A DNA stretch of 64,000 nucleotides, taken from assembly GCA_951406725.2 (NCBI GenBank), contig OX597831.1, forward strand, positions 82,274,001 to 82,338,000. The letters run 5' to 3'. Under the pieces are notes generated by a model that did no database searches, was not told the DNA's origin, and saw nothing but the letters and a program-made list of their open reading frames with translations. This DNA is from Octopus vulgaris (Eukaryota). The position numbers and the translations under genes are program-made. Position 1 is the stretch's first letter. Every line of letters starts with the position of its first letter. This document shows, one piece after another, positions 16,523-28,816 of the stretch.

Positions 16523-16711
16523 TTCGGTTTTGGATTTGGTCTGCAAGATTCTTTATATGAGTTCATGTGTTGAAGCATATTCCGTTGTCTGGGGAGAGTC
16601 ATTTTCGTTTTGTGCCTTATTATGTAACACACTCACCAGTAAAATTTCCAGTTATTTCTTATTTTTATTTTCCTAAAATTTTCGTTGCATCTTGCAACCT
16701 TTTCAATAGTC
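16518..16711 (-). mobile_element. Solo Penelope-like terminal repeat with U3-A8 hammerhead-like motif (16673-16709)
   Basis: Reverse-complement homolog of 39661-39795. Minus strand reads CUA-UUGAAAA-G-GUUGC-AAGAU-GCAAC-GAAAAUUU|UAG. The distal part is homologous to 17790-17860. Confidence 0.65.
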
Positions 16712-16729
16712 TGCTGTTTACAATAATGC

Positions 16730-16811
16730 TTCTTCTTTCTTCTTTTCTTCTTCTTCTTTCTTCTTTCTTCTTCTTCTTTTTCTTCTTCTTCTTTTCTTCT
16801 TCTTCTTCTTC

Positions 16812-16843
<32 letters not shown>

Positions 16844-17090
16844 CTTCTTTTCTTCTTCTTCTTCTTCTTCTTCTTCTTTTCTTCTTCTTTTCTTCTTCTT
16901 CCTCCTCCTCTTCTTCTTCTTCTTATTCTTATTCTCCTCCTTCTTCTTCTCCTTCCCCTTCTTCTTCTTCTTCTTCTTCTTCTTCTTCTCCTTCTTCTTC
17001 TTCTTCTTCTTCTTCTTCTTCTTCTTCTTCTTCTTCTTCTTCTTCTTCTTCTTCTTCTTCTTCTTCTTCTTCTTCTTCTTCTTCTTCTTC
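16730..17090. repeat. (TTC)n tract; a complementary (GAA)n tract lies at 13516-13700
   Basis: Direct inspection. Confidence 0.95.
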
Positions 17091-17129
17091 ATAAGGAAGG
17101 TGTGTAGTATGTGATAGTCACATTGTGAC

Positions 17130-17600
17130 AGAGAAAGTTGAGTAGAGTATCTGCATAAAATTCTGCCAAAAGCTCAGAGACCTATGCAAGGTTTTCAAAA
17201 ATTTTTCATCTTTCTCGACACAATCAAGGAGATCTTGTGCAACTGAAGCCTGGGTATCTTTTTGGGTCAGCTGAGAGCAGTTTTGGCACAAACTTGGCAG
17301 ACATGTGTCTCTTCCCCAAATCTTCAGTTATGATGGACTGAACTGAACCGTTACTAATCTGAACATCCTCTGACAACTCACGAATGGTGATTCGACGATT
17401 TCCCCTCACACCTACGTACACACCTGTGGTGTTTTTCTCAGTTCTGCTGGTTGCGGGTCTCCCAGAACCTTTGTCAATACTGACTTACATTCGGCCATCT
17501 TGGAAACGTCTGAATCACTCATACATTTGTGTGCGGCTCATATAGTTCTCTCCATACACTTTCTGCAAGTTTGTGTAGGCCTCTGAACAGGTATCGCCCT
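17130..17600 (-). mobile_element. Rearranged mariner transposase fragments
   Basis: Minus strand gives YTNLQKVYGENYMSRTQMYE and RRITIRELSEDVQISNGSVQSIITEDLG...AKFVPKLLS (mariner HTH/linker). A short plus-strand ICIKFCQKL piece lies at about 17147-17175. Confidence 0.75.
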
Positions 17601-17789
17601 GACAACTTCCTCTGTTACGGCCGGTGCGGCAGTCGCAGGCTATACGTCTTTCTTGCAAGCAGTGCTGCAAAAAGGCGGAAGTGAGCAGGAACATTATGAC
17701 TTGGTGTACATGCGCAGCGGAAACCAAAGTCGATCTGTGCCAAGCGGCTTCACTCTTGTATGTGTATATATAGATGTGTATATATATAT

Positions 17790-18351
17790 AGTACGTTTAA
17801 ATATTTGTTGTGCAAGATTTTTTATGTGAAGTCGTGTGTTGAAACAGATATTGTTATATTTCGGAATGGTCATTTTGCCAGTTTAGCCAATAAAAACACA
17901 CGCACTATATATTTGGTGTTATTTTGCTTCAGTGTAATTTATTTTTTACATTAATCTTAATCTTATTTTGGCTAGAGTTCTTTCGTCACACTCCTGTGAC
18001 CGCATCAGTGGTCCTTTGTTTTCTTCTTTCTTATTTGTGTCTCTCCTTACTAACCGTCAGCCGTTTTGTATTTCTATTGTATGTCTTCTTTTGCGCATGC
18101 TTATATCTCTAAGTGCGACTATGTTTATTTAGTGTGTGTGGGGGGGGATGCCTGTAATATTTGTATCTTCTGTTTATATACGTTCTTGTAATTTGTACTT
18201 TGCTTTTGTTGTTTTTGTTTATTCTTATTTTGTTCATGTGTTTACATCCACTTATCATTATCATTACATATGCTTGTATGTATAACAACAATACTAGTAA
18301 TAATAATAATAAATCGAATCGAAAGAAAAAAAATATATAAATAAATTTATA

Positions 18352-18402
<51 letters not shown>

Positions 18403-20600
18403 TTATTTCTATTAGTTTATTTATCTGTGTATTTATTATGTTTTCAGGATCCTCTATCGTCATATGTTATGGTGTGTGTTAGTGCTCCATTCTAGTTTTC
18501 TATTCAGGCTAGGTTTATTTTCTATTATGTGTGTAGCTTCTTTAATTTGTCTAATTGTTGAATCTGATCTATGTATGGATAATATTTTAATTTCTATGTT
18601 ATTGATTGATCCCCCGTGTTCCTGTTCGGCGTGTTGGTACAGAATCGATGAGCTTTTACCTTCCTTGAGTTGTCTCCAATGCACATTTACCCGCTCTCCT
18701 ATGCTTCTTGCCGTTTCCCCTACGTATGGCGTTGTCTTGTTACTGCATCGTCCCTCTATACATCTTATACTATATACTACATTTCTGACTTTACAGTTTG
18801 TTTGTGGGCTAAATCTACATATAGTACAGTACTTATCCGTACAGGGGGTTCTACTGAAAGGATAGGTTCTACCAATTATAGATTTGATAGGGTTGCCTGG
18901 CTTTTCAACAACCTTAATTCTTAGTTTAAGTTTGTCTAGGGTCCTTCTAAAGCGGTACGCCAGTTCACCTTCAGGGGTGGTGTCAACGAACATGACACTC
19001 TGGTATTTATGGCTATCATACCAAGAGTTGGCCTTCCCTATTTTCTTTTTTGTCCTTTCTATAGTGTTCCATGACTTGTTCCTATAGAGTGGTCAAATCC
19101 CATTCCTATCATTACATAATATATTATCAAATTTCTTAATGGCTCCTTTGTATACTCTGATCCTTTCTTTATGGCTGTAACCTGAGAACTGCATGCGGTG
19201 AATGAAATATTGTATGTGTCTCTTTAACTCTGTAGGCTCGCACATGCGTGACACATTTCTCATTATTCTGACGAGGTCTGCCATCAAAATATTGAATTTG
19301 GCATTGTCCGCAATGGCTGAGTTCCGGTGGATCAAGTATTTTGAGGCCATAGGTTTGGCATAATATGAATGAAGGATTTGGGTTTTATTATTCACAATTT
19401 CTAGCCAGAGTTCGGTGTCTAGTACTGGTAGTCTATGGTTGGGGTGTTTAGTGGGGTAGTCTATTGTGACCTTAATACTCTGGTGGATGGAGTTAGCCAT
19501 TTGCTGGATGCTCTCCATAGTATTAGTTTCTATTACTATATCAACAGTACTCTCTTGTTGGGGTGCCTTTACCACTATGTTGATATCATCAACATAGCGA
19601 GAGTACATATTTACAAGTATGGAGTTCTGTGTTAGGCGTTCTTTAAGCCTTCTGTCCCACCATACCATGAAAAGGTTGGCCACATCACCAGCGATACTAA
19701 CGCCGATGGCTGCCCCTCGTCCTGGGCATATATTTTATTATTAAACTTAAACGTGTGGCCTTTTAGGGTAACTCTTATACTAGCTCCTAGTGCATGTGCA
19801 ATCATTTTCTTTAACTGATGGACATTTGCGGGGCTCCGTATGGCTCTGGTCCATCCGCGCCATCTTTCTATATGTGTCTTCCTAGCCATAGAAGTAATTG
19901 TGGGCGGTCTACCTCTTAAACATCTACTGGGGCAGAAACTACTAAGATTATGTTTATCTAAGTATTCATTATTACATGCCAGTCTAAGTAGGAGGCCCAG
20001 TTCTTCTGTGTTGACATTACAGAACTCCACCTGGCTCTCATTGATCATCTCCACGCACTTCTCCACCGCAAAATCTACGTCGATCGATGGGTATAGGGAT
20101 ACCACATCCATGCTACCCACCATACATCCTGTCAGGTCACAAGTGCTGTTACAGTCATCGATCATGTTACATCATGTGACATCCGGATTATAGGGCGTAT
20201 GATCATTGAGAGGAAGTAGGAGATTCTGTAATTGCTAGCGATATTCGCTCCACAGACTGGTCTTGTTGGTGGTCTTGGTATAGGGTCAGTAATATCTTTA
20301 TGGTCCTTGCGAAGTCCATACAGTGCCGGGATATCATTGTTCCAGGCTTGGAAATTCTTTGCAGTACGTTTCTGGGGTCCCAGAACAATTGTCCACATCA
20401 TCATGTGGGCGTTGAGGACCTTTTCTCTCTCCTCATGTGCCTCTACAGTTGTTATTTTTGTATTGGAGATATGAGGTTGCATTGCCTGGATGTAGTTCGG
20501 CAAGCTGTCTATTGACATCCTGCCGGACTTATCTGTGGGAAGGCATACCACCTCTCCGTTCCTCGTGCGCTGAATGAGCTTATGTAGGCCACATGCAGGT
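17790..20600 (-). mobile_element. 5'-truncated, frameshifted Penelope-like retroelement (RT + Cys-rich linker + GIY-YIG endonuclease, 3' UTR and terminal repeat)
   Basis: ORF pieces carry PTDKSG, SMDVVSLYPSID, YSRYVDDI, LPVLD, YYAKPM, CxxxxCxxC and VVYSIRC...YVGETARSIGERVNVH. Frameshifts near 20165 and 19720, in-frame TGA at 19093-19095. Hammerhead-bearing terminus at 17790-18014. Confidence 0.88.
17970..18014 (-). ncRNA. Minimal hammerhead-like motif (A9C variant) in the Penelope-like terminal repeat
   Basis: Minus strand reads GGACCA-CUGAUGC-G-GUCACA-GGAG-UGUGAC-GAAA-GAACUC|UAGCC. Perfect 6-bp stem II, sense orientation downstream of the GIY-YIG ORF. Confidence 0.62.
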
Positions 20601-20640
20601 ATTAATATAATATTTTTGTTCGTCATGATGCTGACATAAG

Positions 20641-20721
20641 TTCCTTGTCTTTCCTGATGAGAAGGCGGCATAATGAATTATGAATATGCAGTCTTCGAAA
20701 CATATGTCGAGAATAAAGGAA
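20641..20721 (+). ncRNA. Minimal type-I hammerhead ribozyme, canonical core
   Basis: CUGAUGA (20654-20660); stem II GAAGGC/GUCUUC extended by GCAUA/UAUGC; GAAA (20697-20700); palindromic stem III ACAUAUGU; GUC cleavage triplet (20706-20708); stem I UUUC/GAGA plus UUCCUU/AAGGAA. Confidence 0.75.
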
Positions 20722-20754
20722 TTTTGTTAAATCGTCGTTCAACTCCATTCTTTC

Positions 20755-20828
<74 letters not shown>

Positions 20829-20861
20829 ATGTATATGTATATATGTATATATATATATATA

Positions 20862-20904
<43 letters not shown>

Positions 20905-21024
20905 GTATATATATATAGTTAATCCAAACATGAAAACACAAAGAGAAAACACAACAACGCGAGGACGTAGAACAAATATAGTAGTATATATATATATAAA
21001 TATTTATATAATAAGAAGGTAGGC

Positions 21025-21326
21025 AAATCACAAACGCCTTCAGGTAGATGGCCCTGCTCGATCTGTAGAAAAGGCTTAGGTAGAAACTCTATAAGATGTA
21101 CCAAGTGTAAGCTATGGACACATAAGAGTTGCAGGAATATCAAAGGAAGTTTAACTGGGAAGATAGTTTTTGTATGTGGCAGATGCTCAGGAGCAATAGA
21201 CATTGAAAATGTGCAGAGAACAACTTCCGTCACATTCCAGGGAGAAAAACTAGTAGGTGATAGCATCCGTTACCTAGGGGACCAAGTCAGTAGTGGGGGA
21301 GGGTGCGCTGAAAGTGTAGCTGCTAA
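21025..21326 (+). mobile_element. Non-LTR retrotransposon (RTE-like) fragment with a PHD-type zinc finger in the RT C-terminal region
   Basis: [10 protein letters not shown]...CTKCKLWTHKSC...CGRC (C4HC3) followed by IRYLGDQVSSGGG. Confidence 0.7.
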
Positions 21327-21457
21327 CCCATGACTTATTCTTTGGAAGCCTAGTACTTATTCTATCAGTCTTTTTTGCCGAGTCGCTAAGTTACGGGGAC
21401 GTAAACACACCAGCATCGGTTGTCAAGCAATGTTGGGGGGACAAACACACAAACACA

Positions 21458-21550
<93 letters not shown>

Positions 21551-21709
21551 GACGGGCTTCTTTCAGTTTCCGTCTACCAAATCCACTCACAAGGCTTTGG
21601 TCGGCCCGTGGCTATAGAAGACACTTGCCCAAGGTGCCACGCAGTGGGAATGAACCCGGAACCATGTGGCTGGTAAGCAAGCTACTTACCACACTGACAC
21701 TCCTGCGCC

Positions 21710-21710
<1 letters not shown>
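21327..21710 (-). mobile_element. SINE family A
   Basis: tttcagtttccgtctaccaaatccactcacaaggctttggtcggcccg core, shared with copies at about 10372-10690 (-), 30655-30940 (+) and 33100-33455 (+). Confidence 0.75.
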
Positions 21711-21777
<67 letters not shown>

Positions 21778-21884
21778 CTGCTCGCTTAGCCAGCGGGGTG
21801 GCGTCATTCGAAGGCTAAACCAATGCGAACGCATTGTGACCAGCGTCGTGTAACTATATCTGATGGACTGGTCGGTCACGTGAT

Positions 21885-21928
<44 letters not shown>

Positions 21929-21984
21929 GTATATGTATAGTTTATATTCATTTAAAAGAAGAAAAGAAAATGGCGATTAGCAAA

Positions 21985-22230
21985 CATCATCATCATCATT
22001 GTTCGACCGCGGTCGAGACAATGGAATTTACCATGCTACGCCAGACCTCGCGGTCCATCATGGCATTACGGAGGTCCTGTTGCTGGATGCCTGTATCCCT
22101 GGAGATTACATCAGGGTAGGAGAGTGTGCGCCCTCTGGTATCGCGAGCAGATGGCTTCCAGAGGAGAAGAGTAGAAATTGCCTCTTTTTCAGCTCTACAA
22201 CAATGTCCAGCAAACTGGACTCTTGCGATT
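21985..22230 (-). mobile_element. RTE-clade LINE 3' end with (TGA)n tail
   Basis: RVQFAGHCCR...LLLWKP...AMMDREVWRSMV, stop followed directly by tgatgatgatg. Confidence 0.78.
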
Positions 22231-23264
22231 AGCAAGTTAACCATTCTTTATTAACAAATTGGTATTCTTCGCTTACGAGCTTTTCAATCAATATTCAATA
22301 ATTTAATTACAAAATTTGTGAATTAAATTTGCATTCATGCGACAGAGTCTTTGAGCAGAGTCTGGTGGAAGGAATTGACAGGTCGGCATATAACATCTCA
22401 AGGTATCTCGTTTGTTTACCTCACCTGATGAAATTATGCTCATGTCACACAAATGCAAATATAATGAATAAATTTGTAATTAAACAATTGAGTATTAATT
22501 GGAATGGCTGTAAGAAACGAAGACGACCAATTTGTTGATAATAAATAATTGTTAACTTCCTTATCTCCATTTTATTGTCTTCTTTTTAATGGATACAAAC
22601 TATATGCTTAATATTGTTTTCAGGGAATTTCATTCCCCAACAATACTACGAGGTATTGAACCAGTATTTTCACGGGGTTAACATATCCTCTAAATAAATT
22701 TATATATATACATACATATATATGTATAAAAGTAATATAAAGTAATATTCGTTGCCACTTTAACATGATTGTCCGTTTGAGCGGTTTTAAAGTGGCTACG
22801 AATATTACTTGTCACTACTACCACTGTGTTGATCTCTTACAGAGATTTTAGAAGTAGCATTTTTGTTTATATATATATATATGTTTACATACATACATGA
22901 ATGCATGCATGCATACACACACACGTATATATAATATACACACACATATACAGGGGGGATAGAAGAGAAAGAAAAAAAGAAAGAAAGAAAGAAAGAAAGA
23001 GAAAGAAAGGAAGAAAGGAAGAAAGAAAGAAAGAAAGAAAGGTTGGGAATGGGGGAGTGTCGGGGATGTTCATGGAAGCGGGCTTATTTCCGATCGACCT
23101 GACCTCAGTACTTTTACATATTTATAAGTACTTAGCGTTTATTTCTATTTGAAGGGCAAACTCATATTAGGCGCTGGGCCAGATTACTCTCGACTCTCTC
23201 ATTCATCTAACCCTCCCCCCCTTTTCTCTAGACGTACACGTGTAGATTACTATATGGATGTGTG

Positions 23265-23309
<45 letters not shown>

Positions 23310-25424
23310 CACATATGCGCTTACATGTGTATGTATTTACACACACGCACGCACACACACACACATGCTATCATGCATGCATACTCCTATATGTGTGTTT
23401 ATTTGTGTGTATGTTTGTGTGTTAAATGGAACTGCAACTCAGCGTGTTGAAGTTCAGATTTGTAAACGGTTACAACCCTGTGTTTAATATAATTGAACCT
23501 CGCTGTGAAAATATAGGAATAAAGCTAATGGAGCATGTCAAAATCTAGTTCGGATAAAGAAGATCGATAAGTTTCGACTTTGTTAAACCTTCGTCAAGTT
23601 TCTCTAAACTCCATCCTGGATGCTGAGAGGATCTCCGTCTTTTTCTATCATTGTGTAGGGATATCTCTCGCTCTTTTCTCGCTAAAGCTACAATTTCTTT
23701 AAAATGTCGTTATAATATACTGAACATTTCCTTGAATAAAAATAAAATCCAAAAAATCCCAGTTTTATCAATATAACAGTGAATCCTTCAATAAAGAAGT
23801 GACATAAACCCTTATTGAAGGATTTGCACTGCATTTGTGGAAGTGCGTTGGCCCAGTGATTAGGGCAGCGGACTCGCGGTCATAAGAACGCGGTTTCGAT
23901 TCCCAGACCGGGCGTTGTGAGTGTTTATTTAGCAAAAACAGTTAAAGCTCCACGAGGTTCCGGCAAGCGGGTGGGTGGTGAACCCTGCTGTACTCTTTCA
24001 CCACAGCTTTCTCTCACCTTTTCTTCCTGTTTCTGTTGTACCTGTATTTCAAAGGGGCCAGCCTTGTCACACTCTGTGTCACGCTGAATCTCCCCGAGGA
24101 CTAAGGTAAGGGTACACGTGTCCGCGGTGTGCTCAGCTATTTGCCCGTTAATTTCACGAGCAGTCTGTTCCGTTGATTGGATCAACTGGAACCCTCGTCG
24201 TCGTAACCGACGGAGTGCCATACTTCGAGAAGGGTGGTTGTGCGCCAAATAAACAAACCTTGGCAGTATTTAATTATGAATCTCTATGTAGTGAGTTCAA
24301 TTTCTGACGAAGTAAATTTTCTTATTTGTCCAACAATGAATAAAGAACCGAAAGTTTGGTGAGGTTCATTTTGTCACCCGTGTCCGCCCCTCCCCTCAAA
24401 TATGTGGACTGGGGTTTATATTAGAAATTATTACAACAATAATTTTTACAGTTGCTGATGTTTAACCCCCGGTCACTCTTAAACGAGTATACAATCAGAA
24501 GCGTTCACGTCGTGCCCATCTCGTCGTTCCTCAAGCATAATGGACCCAGAAACACACTGTGGAAAGGCTTCCTTCCCAAAAGGGTTTGACTTCTATTTCT
24601 ATCAGGTCGAATGACCATGAAGAAGTTCCCCTCAGTTAAAGAAAGAAACACAACTGATAATCCTTTCCGATTTCAAATCCCACGGGGCTCGATTTCTTTG
24701 GGATATACTCAAATATCAGTATATTAAGGGGTCACGGGATTATTCATGACGATGATTATGACGGTGATGATGACGACGACGCTGATGATGATGGTGATGG
24801 TGATGATACTTAACCTCTGTCGCCATGCTCCACTCCGAGGAAACCGCCAAATACTTCCATAACCTTACCATTTCTAAAGGTTAAAGGTATAAGGGACGAC
24901 AGAGACTTCAAAATGGCCCCGTTTTTTGTTGTTGTTGTTGTTACAGCTGCAACTGCTCTCGTTGCTAGTTTCAGCTATGTCTTTCTTGCAAACCTCACTT
25001 CCGGTCCCTCTGACCCTTCCCTTTTTAGTTCTCCACTTCTCCCTTTTTCTCTCTTCTCTCCCTCCCCCCACCCTTTCTTTCTTCATCTCCCCAAATATCG
25101 CTCACATTTACCCCCCCCCTCTCCACTCTCACATCCTTCTCGAGCGACCCTCTTCTGTAATTCTGCCCAGCTGATGCGATTTCTAAATATATGCAAAACA
25201 CACACGCATACATACACACACACTCACACACACACATACGCGCGAGCATTACACAGACTCGCGCGCGCGCACTCACACACACACAAACACACACCCACAC
25301 GCACGCACAAATGCTCATATATATATGCACACACACACAAATATACATATTTATGTGCGAGTGTGTATGTGTGTATGTAGATGTATACATACATAAAAAC
25401 ATTTATATATATATATATATATAT

Positions 25425-25684
25425 AATTAATAAATATAAGGGTAGCAAAAAAATTCTAGAAATTGTTGTATATACGCCATGTTGGATCGCTAGCTTCTGC
25501 ACGCATTTTTTTTCTCTCCTTGTTTCTCTCCGTGTTTCTTTTCTGTGTATCTTTCTGTTGAAGAACGTAGGCTCGAAACGTAAAAGACTTGTTTTATTTA
25601 TATTCCTGAGCGCCATACTAATACAATTATTTGTTTGTATTCCACCTGCCTTCATCTTTTGTTTATTTTCATAAAGCTTCCCGT

Positions 25685-25686
<2 letters not shown>
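25425..25686 (+). mobile_element. Short TA-flanked repeat with a minimal hammerhead-like motif (25550-25587)
   Basis: UCUUU-CUGUUGA-A-GAAC-GUAG-GCUC-GAAA-CG-UA|AAAGA. Perfect 5-bp stem I, ACGU palindromic stem III, core A6U change and one stem-II mismatch. Confidence 0.5.
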
Positions 25687-25730
<44 letters not shown>

Positions 25731-25749
25731 TACAAACACACACACACAC

Positions 25750-25842
<93 letters not shown>

Positions 25843-25844
25843 GA

Positions 25845-26180
25845 AGGCGCATGGCTCAGTGGCTGGAGCGTCGATTGTGAGGTTGTGAGTTCGATTCCTA
25901 GACCTGGCTGCATGTCGTGTTCTTGAGCAAGATACTTTATTTCACGGTGCTTGCTCCACTTCACTCAGCGGTAGAAATGAGTTGTGACGTCACAGGTGCC
26001 AAGCTGTATCGGTCTTGCCTTTCTCTTGGATAATGTTGGTGGCGTGTAGAGGCGGGGCTGGCATGGATGGGCGACTGCTGTTCTTCCATGAAAACAACAC
26101 TTGCTCGGACTTGTACTTCCGAGTGTAACTTTCTAGATGCAATCCCATGGTCATTCATGACCGAAGGGGGTCACCCTCAC
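25845..26180 (+). mobile_element. tRNA-derived SINE family C
   Basis: A-box ggcgcatggctcagtgg and B-box gagttcgattcc. Related heads at about 10962-11240 (+), 23840-24220 (+) and 28140-28368 (-). Confidence 0.7.
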
Positions 26181-28388
26181 CCTCCTCATATATACACAAC
26201 TGATAATGCTAGGGATGTAAAACGATCAACTTATAAACAACAACAACAAGCACGGACTCATGAAACGACTAAACTCTTTTGGAGGAGTCGAATTCAATCG
26301 CCAATATGCTGTTCAAACACGAGATTGGCCACTCTAAGTTAGTTTTCGTTTTATTTTAATATATAAATCTGAGTCCCATGGCTATTGGAGATAAGGTCGG
26401 ACAGTTGCTGTGCTGATAACGCTTCTTGAGGCAGAAACACATGTCTATGAATGTCTTGTTATCTCCGGACAATAAACCTGGACTTTTCCTTAATATTGGA
26501 AAGATAAATTAATTTGTCGTCAATTAACGATTGTTCCAAAGGACGACAGCAATGATTCGTTCTGTATCCTTTTTACTTTTTATTCCCGACACCCAAACAA
26601 AAAGTAACCCCCTTCCGATTTTGTTGGTAGTTTAATACAAACTACATTGTATGCGGTTTGGTTTGAAGATAGACTTCAAAATAAATCAAGATTCAAACAT
26701 GGCAAATATAACGGTTTTGATTCAGCCATGAAACTGCCAGAAACAGCAGCAAAATTTCTCCTAAAACACATTGGATCATAGGTACTTTGGATCAAAACTG
26801 ACCCAGTGCTAGCAACACCAACTCAAAAATGCATCTGCCACAAAAGTACCAAGAGTCATCTTCGTTCCAAGACTTTTGTGTCTGTTAAACTAAGTGCCAT
26901 AATATGCTCCATTCTGCCATGGATTATTCCGTCATAACAAGTTCTTCTCCGACATAACAAATCTCAGTCTGTCACGTTTTACGCCACCCTACTATCTAAT
27001 TATTCTATCATCTATTTTCTCCGTCACAATACGTCTTACTCCGTCGCATTATCTAATTACTCGGTCATGAATATGTTTTACGCCGCACATAACAACTTAC
27101 TCCGTCATAACATGCCCTACCTTTCGAAACCTGCGTCATTTTTTTATGACAAACTTTCAGCTTTCATCATGCAAACTCTGATTTCTTTGGAAGATTTCTT
27201 TGTCAAAACATTCACAAGTGCTCATTACGTTTACCTTGATTCTAGTTGACCAATTATCAAACAAGAACCAAATATTTCCATTGCTCACCGAGTTTATCTA
27301 ATGTTTTTGTTTTATTTCTTATTTAAATATTCTGGAATTGTGTTTAATAAACACATTTTCATGATATTCATAGCAATGTTCAGTTGATGCTTAAAGATGT
27401 TGTAAACCTGCCAAACCGAACTATTTCTTACTATTATGAAGTGCCAGAATGTCAAATCTCTCTGTTCTGTCAGTCCCCCTCACCCCACTGGCAGTCCCCC
27501 TCACCCCAGACACCACCGGTGCATGTGTGTGTGTGTGTGTGTGTGTAAATCGGTTAGTTGAGACGGTTGACGACGCATCACACTTGTAAATATTTTCTGC
27601 AAATTCCGTCAGATATTATTTCTCGCTGTCGAGGCTGAACTGCAGATATTACGAGAACATAGAATAAACAACAGACGCTCTAAACAAGAATGTGGCACGA
27701 GCGAATCCAAAGACCAACAAAATACCAATTATGATTTTATTTTACATTGGCACCAGGCCAGGAATTTTAGGGAAGGATTGTAGATGACAGAGTCAAGTTT
27801 TTGTTTTTGTCAGCCCCACGGCAATGAAAGGCAAAGTAGAATACAACCAGTTTTGAACTCTGGCCATCAGAATAAAACTTAACTGTAAAGTTACGCTGCA
27901 TAACTGCAGCGCCTCAACTAACCCCGAGGGTCAAGGGACTTGTCAATATCTGTGGTTTTTCCTACTCCACTGCCCACCTGGATCACCTGGATCTGTTGGC
28001 TTCCTTAACTTTGGCACAACTGCTTTCATTTTGTAGGCGAGGCAGGGGTGGGGGCAGGGGCGCTGTATAATCAACCTTATTATTATCTCTGGTTTACTTT
28101 AATATAGAGAGTGGTCCAGAGAGCAGCTCCAGGGCCCGCGACAGATTCAGTGTGACACAGAGTGTGACACAGAGTGTGACACAGAGTGTGACACAGAGTG
28201 TGACAAGGCTGGCCCTTTGAAATACAGGTACGACTCATTTTTGCCAGCTGAGCGGACTGGAGCAATGTGAAATAAAGTGTCTTGCTCAAGGACACAACGC
28301 GTTGCTGGGAATTGAACTCACGACCTTACGATCGTAAGCGGAAGGCCCTAACCACTAAGCCACGCGCCTTTACGACTGCTGTAATATC

Positions 28389-28816
28389 CTTTTCTACTCT
28401 AGGCACAAGGCCTGAAATTTTGGGGGAAGGGGGCTGGTCGATTAGATCGACCCCAGTACTCAACTGGTACTTAATTTATCGACCCCGAAAAGATGAAAGG
28501 CAAAGTCGACGTCGGCAGAATTTGAACGCAGAACGTAAAGACAGACAAAATATCGCTAAGCATTTCCCCCGGCTTGCTAACGTTTCTTATTTCTTTACTG
28601 CCCACAAGGGGTTACACACAGAGGGGACAAACAAGGACAGACAAACGGATTAAGTCGATTATATCGACACCAGTGCGTAACTGGTACTTATTTAATCGAC
28701 CCCGAAAGGATGAAAAGCAAAGTCGACTTCTGCGGAATTTGAACTCAGAACGTAGCGGCAGACGAAATACTTCTAAGCATTTCGCCCGGCGTGCTAACGT
28801 TTCGGCCAGCACGCCG
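28389..28816 (-). mobile_element. Dimeric/nested SINE family B
   Basis: Two copies of gaccccgaaa(a/g)gatgaaa..caaagtcgac...gaatttgaac separated by the cccacaagggg tail. Confidence 0.72.

Noticed and set aside
16567-17094. Poly-Ser/poly-Lys ORFs, and poly-Pro/poly-Gly ORFs at 13933-14413
   Set aside because: Trinucleotide repeats with no splice or homology support.
25845-25920. tRNA-like A/B boxes
   Set aside because: These are SINE heads without a complete cloverleaf, so they are not called as tRNA genes.
26925-27118. Degenerate ~21-bp ctccgtcataacaa repeats
   Set aside because: Too degenerate to interpret; likely an old minisatellite or TE subterminal repeat.
28141-28205. Regular 12-bp repeat (gtgtgacacaga)n suggestive of an array
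   Set aside because: No spacers; it is a slippage expansion inside a SINE. No CRISPR is expected or seen.
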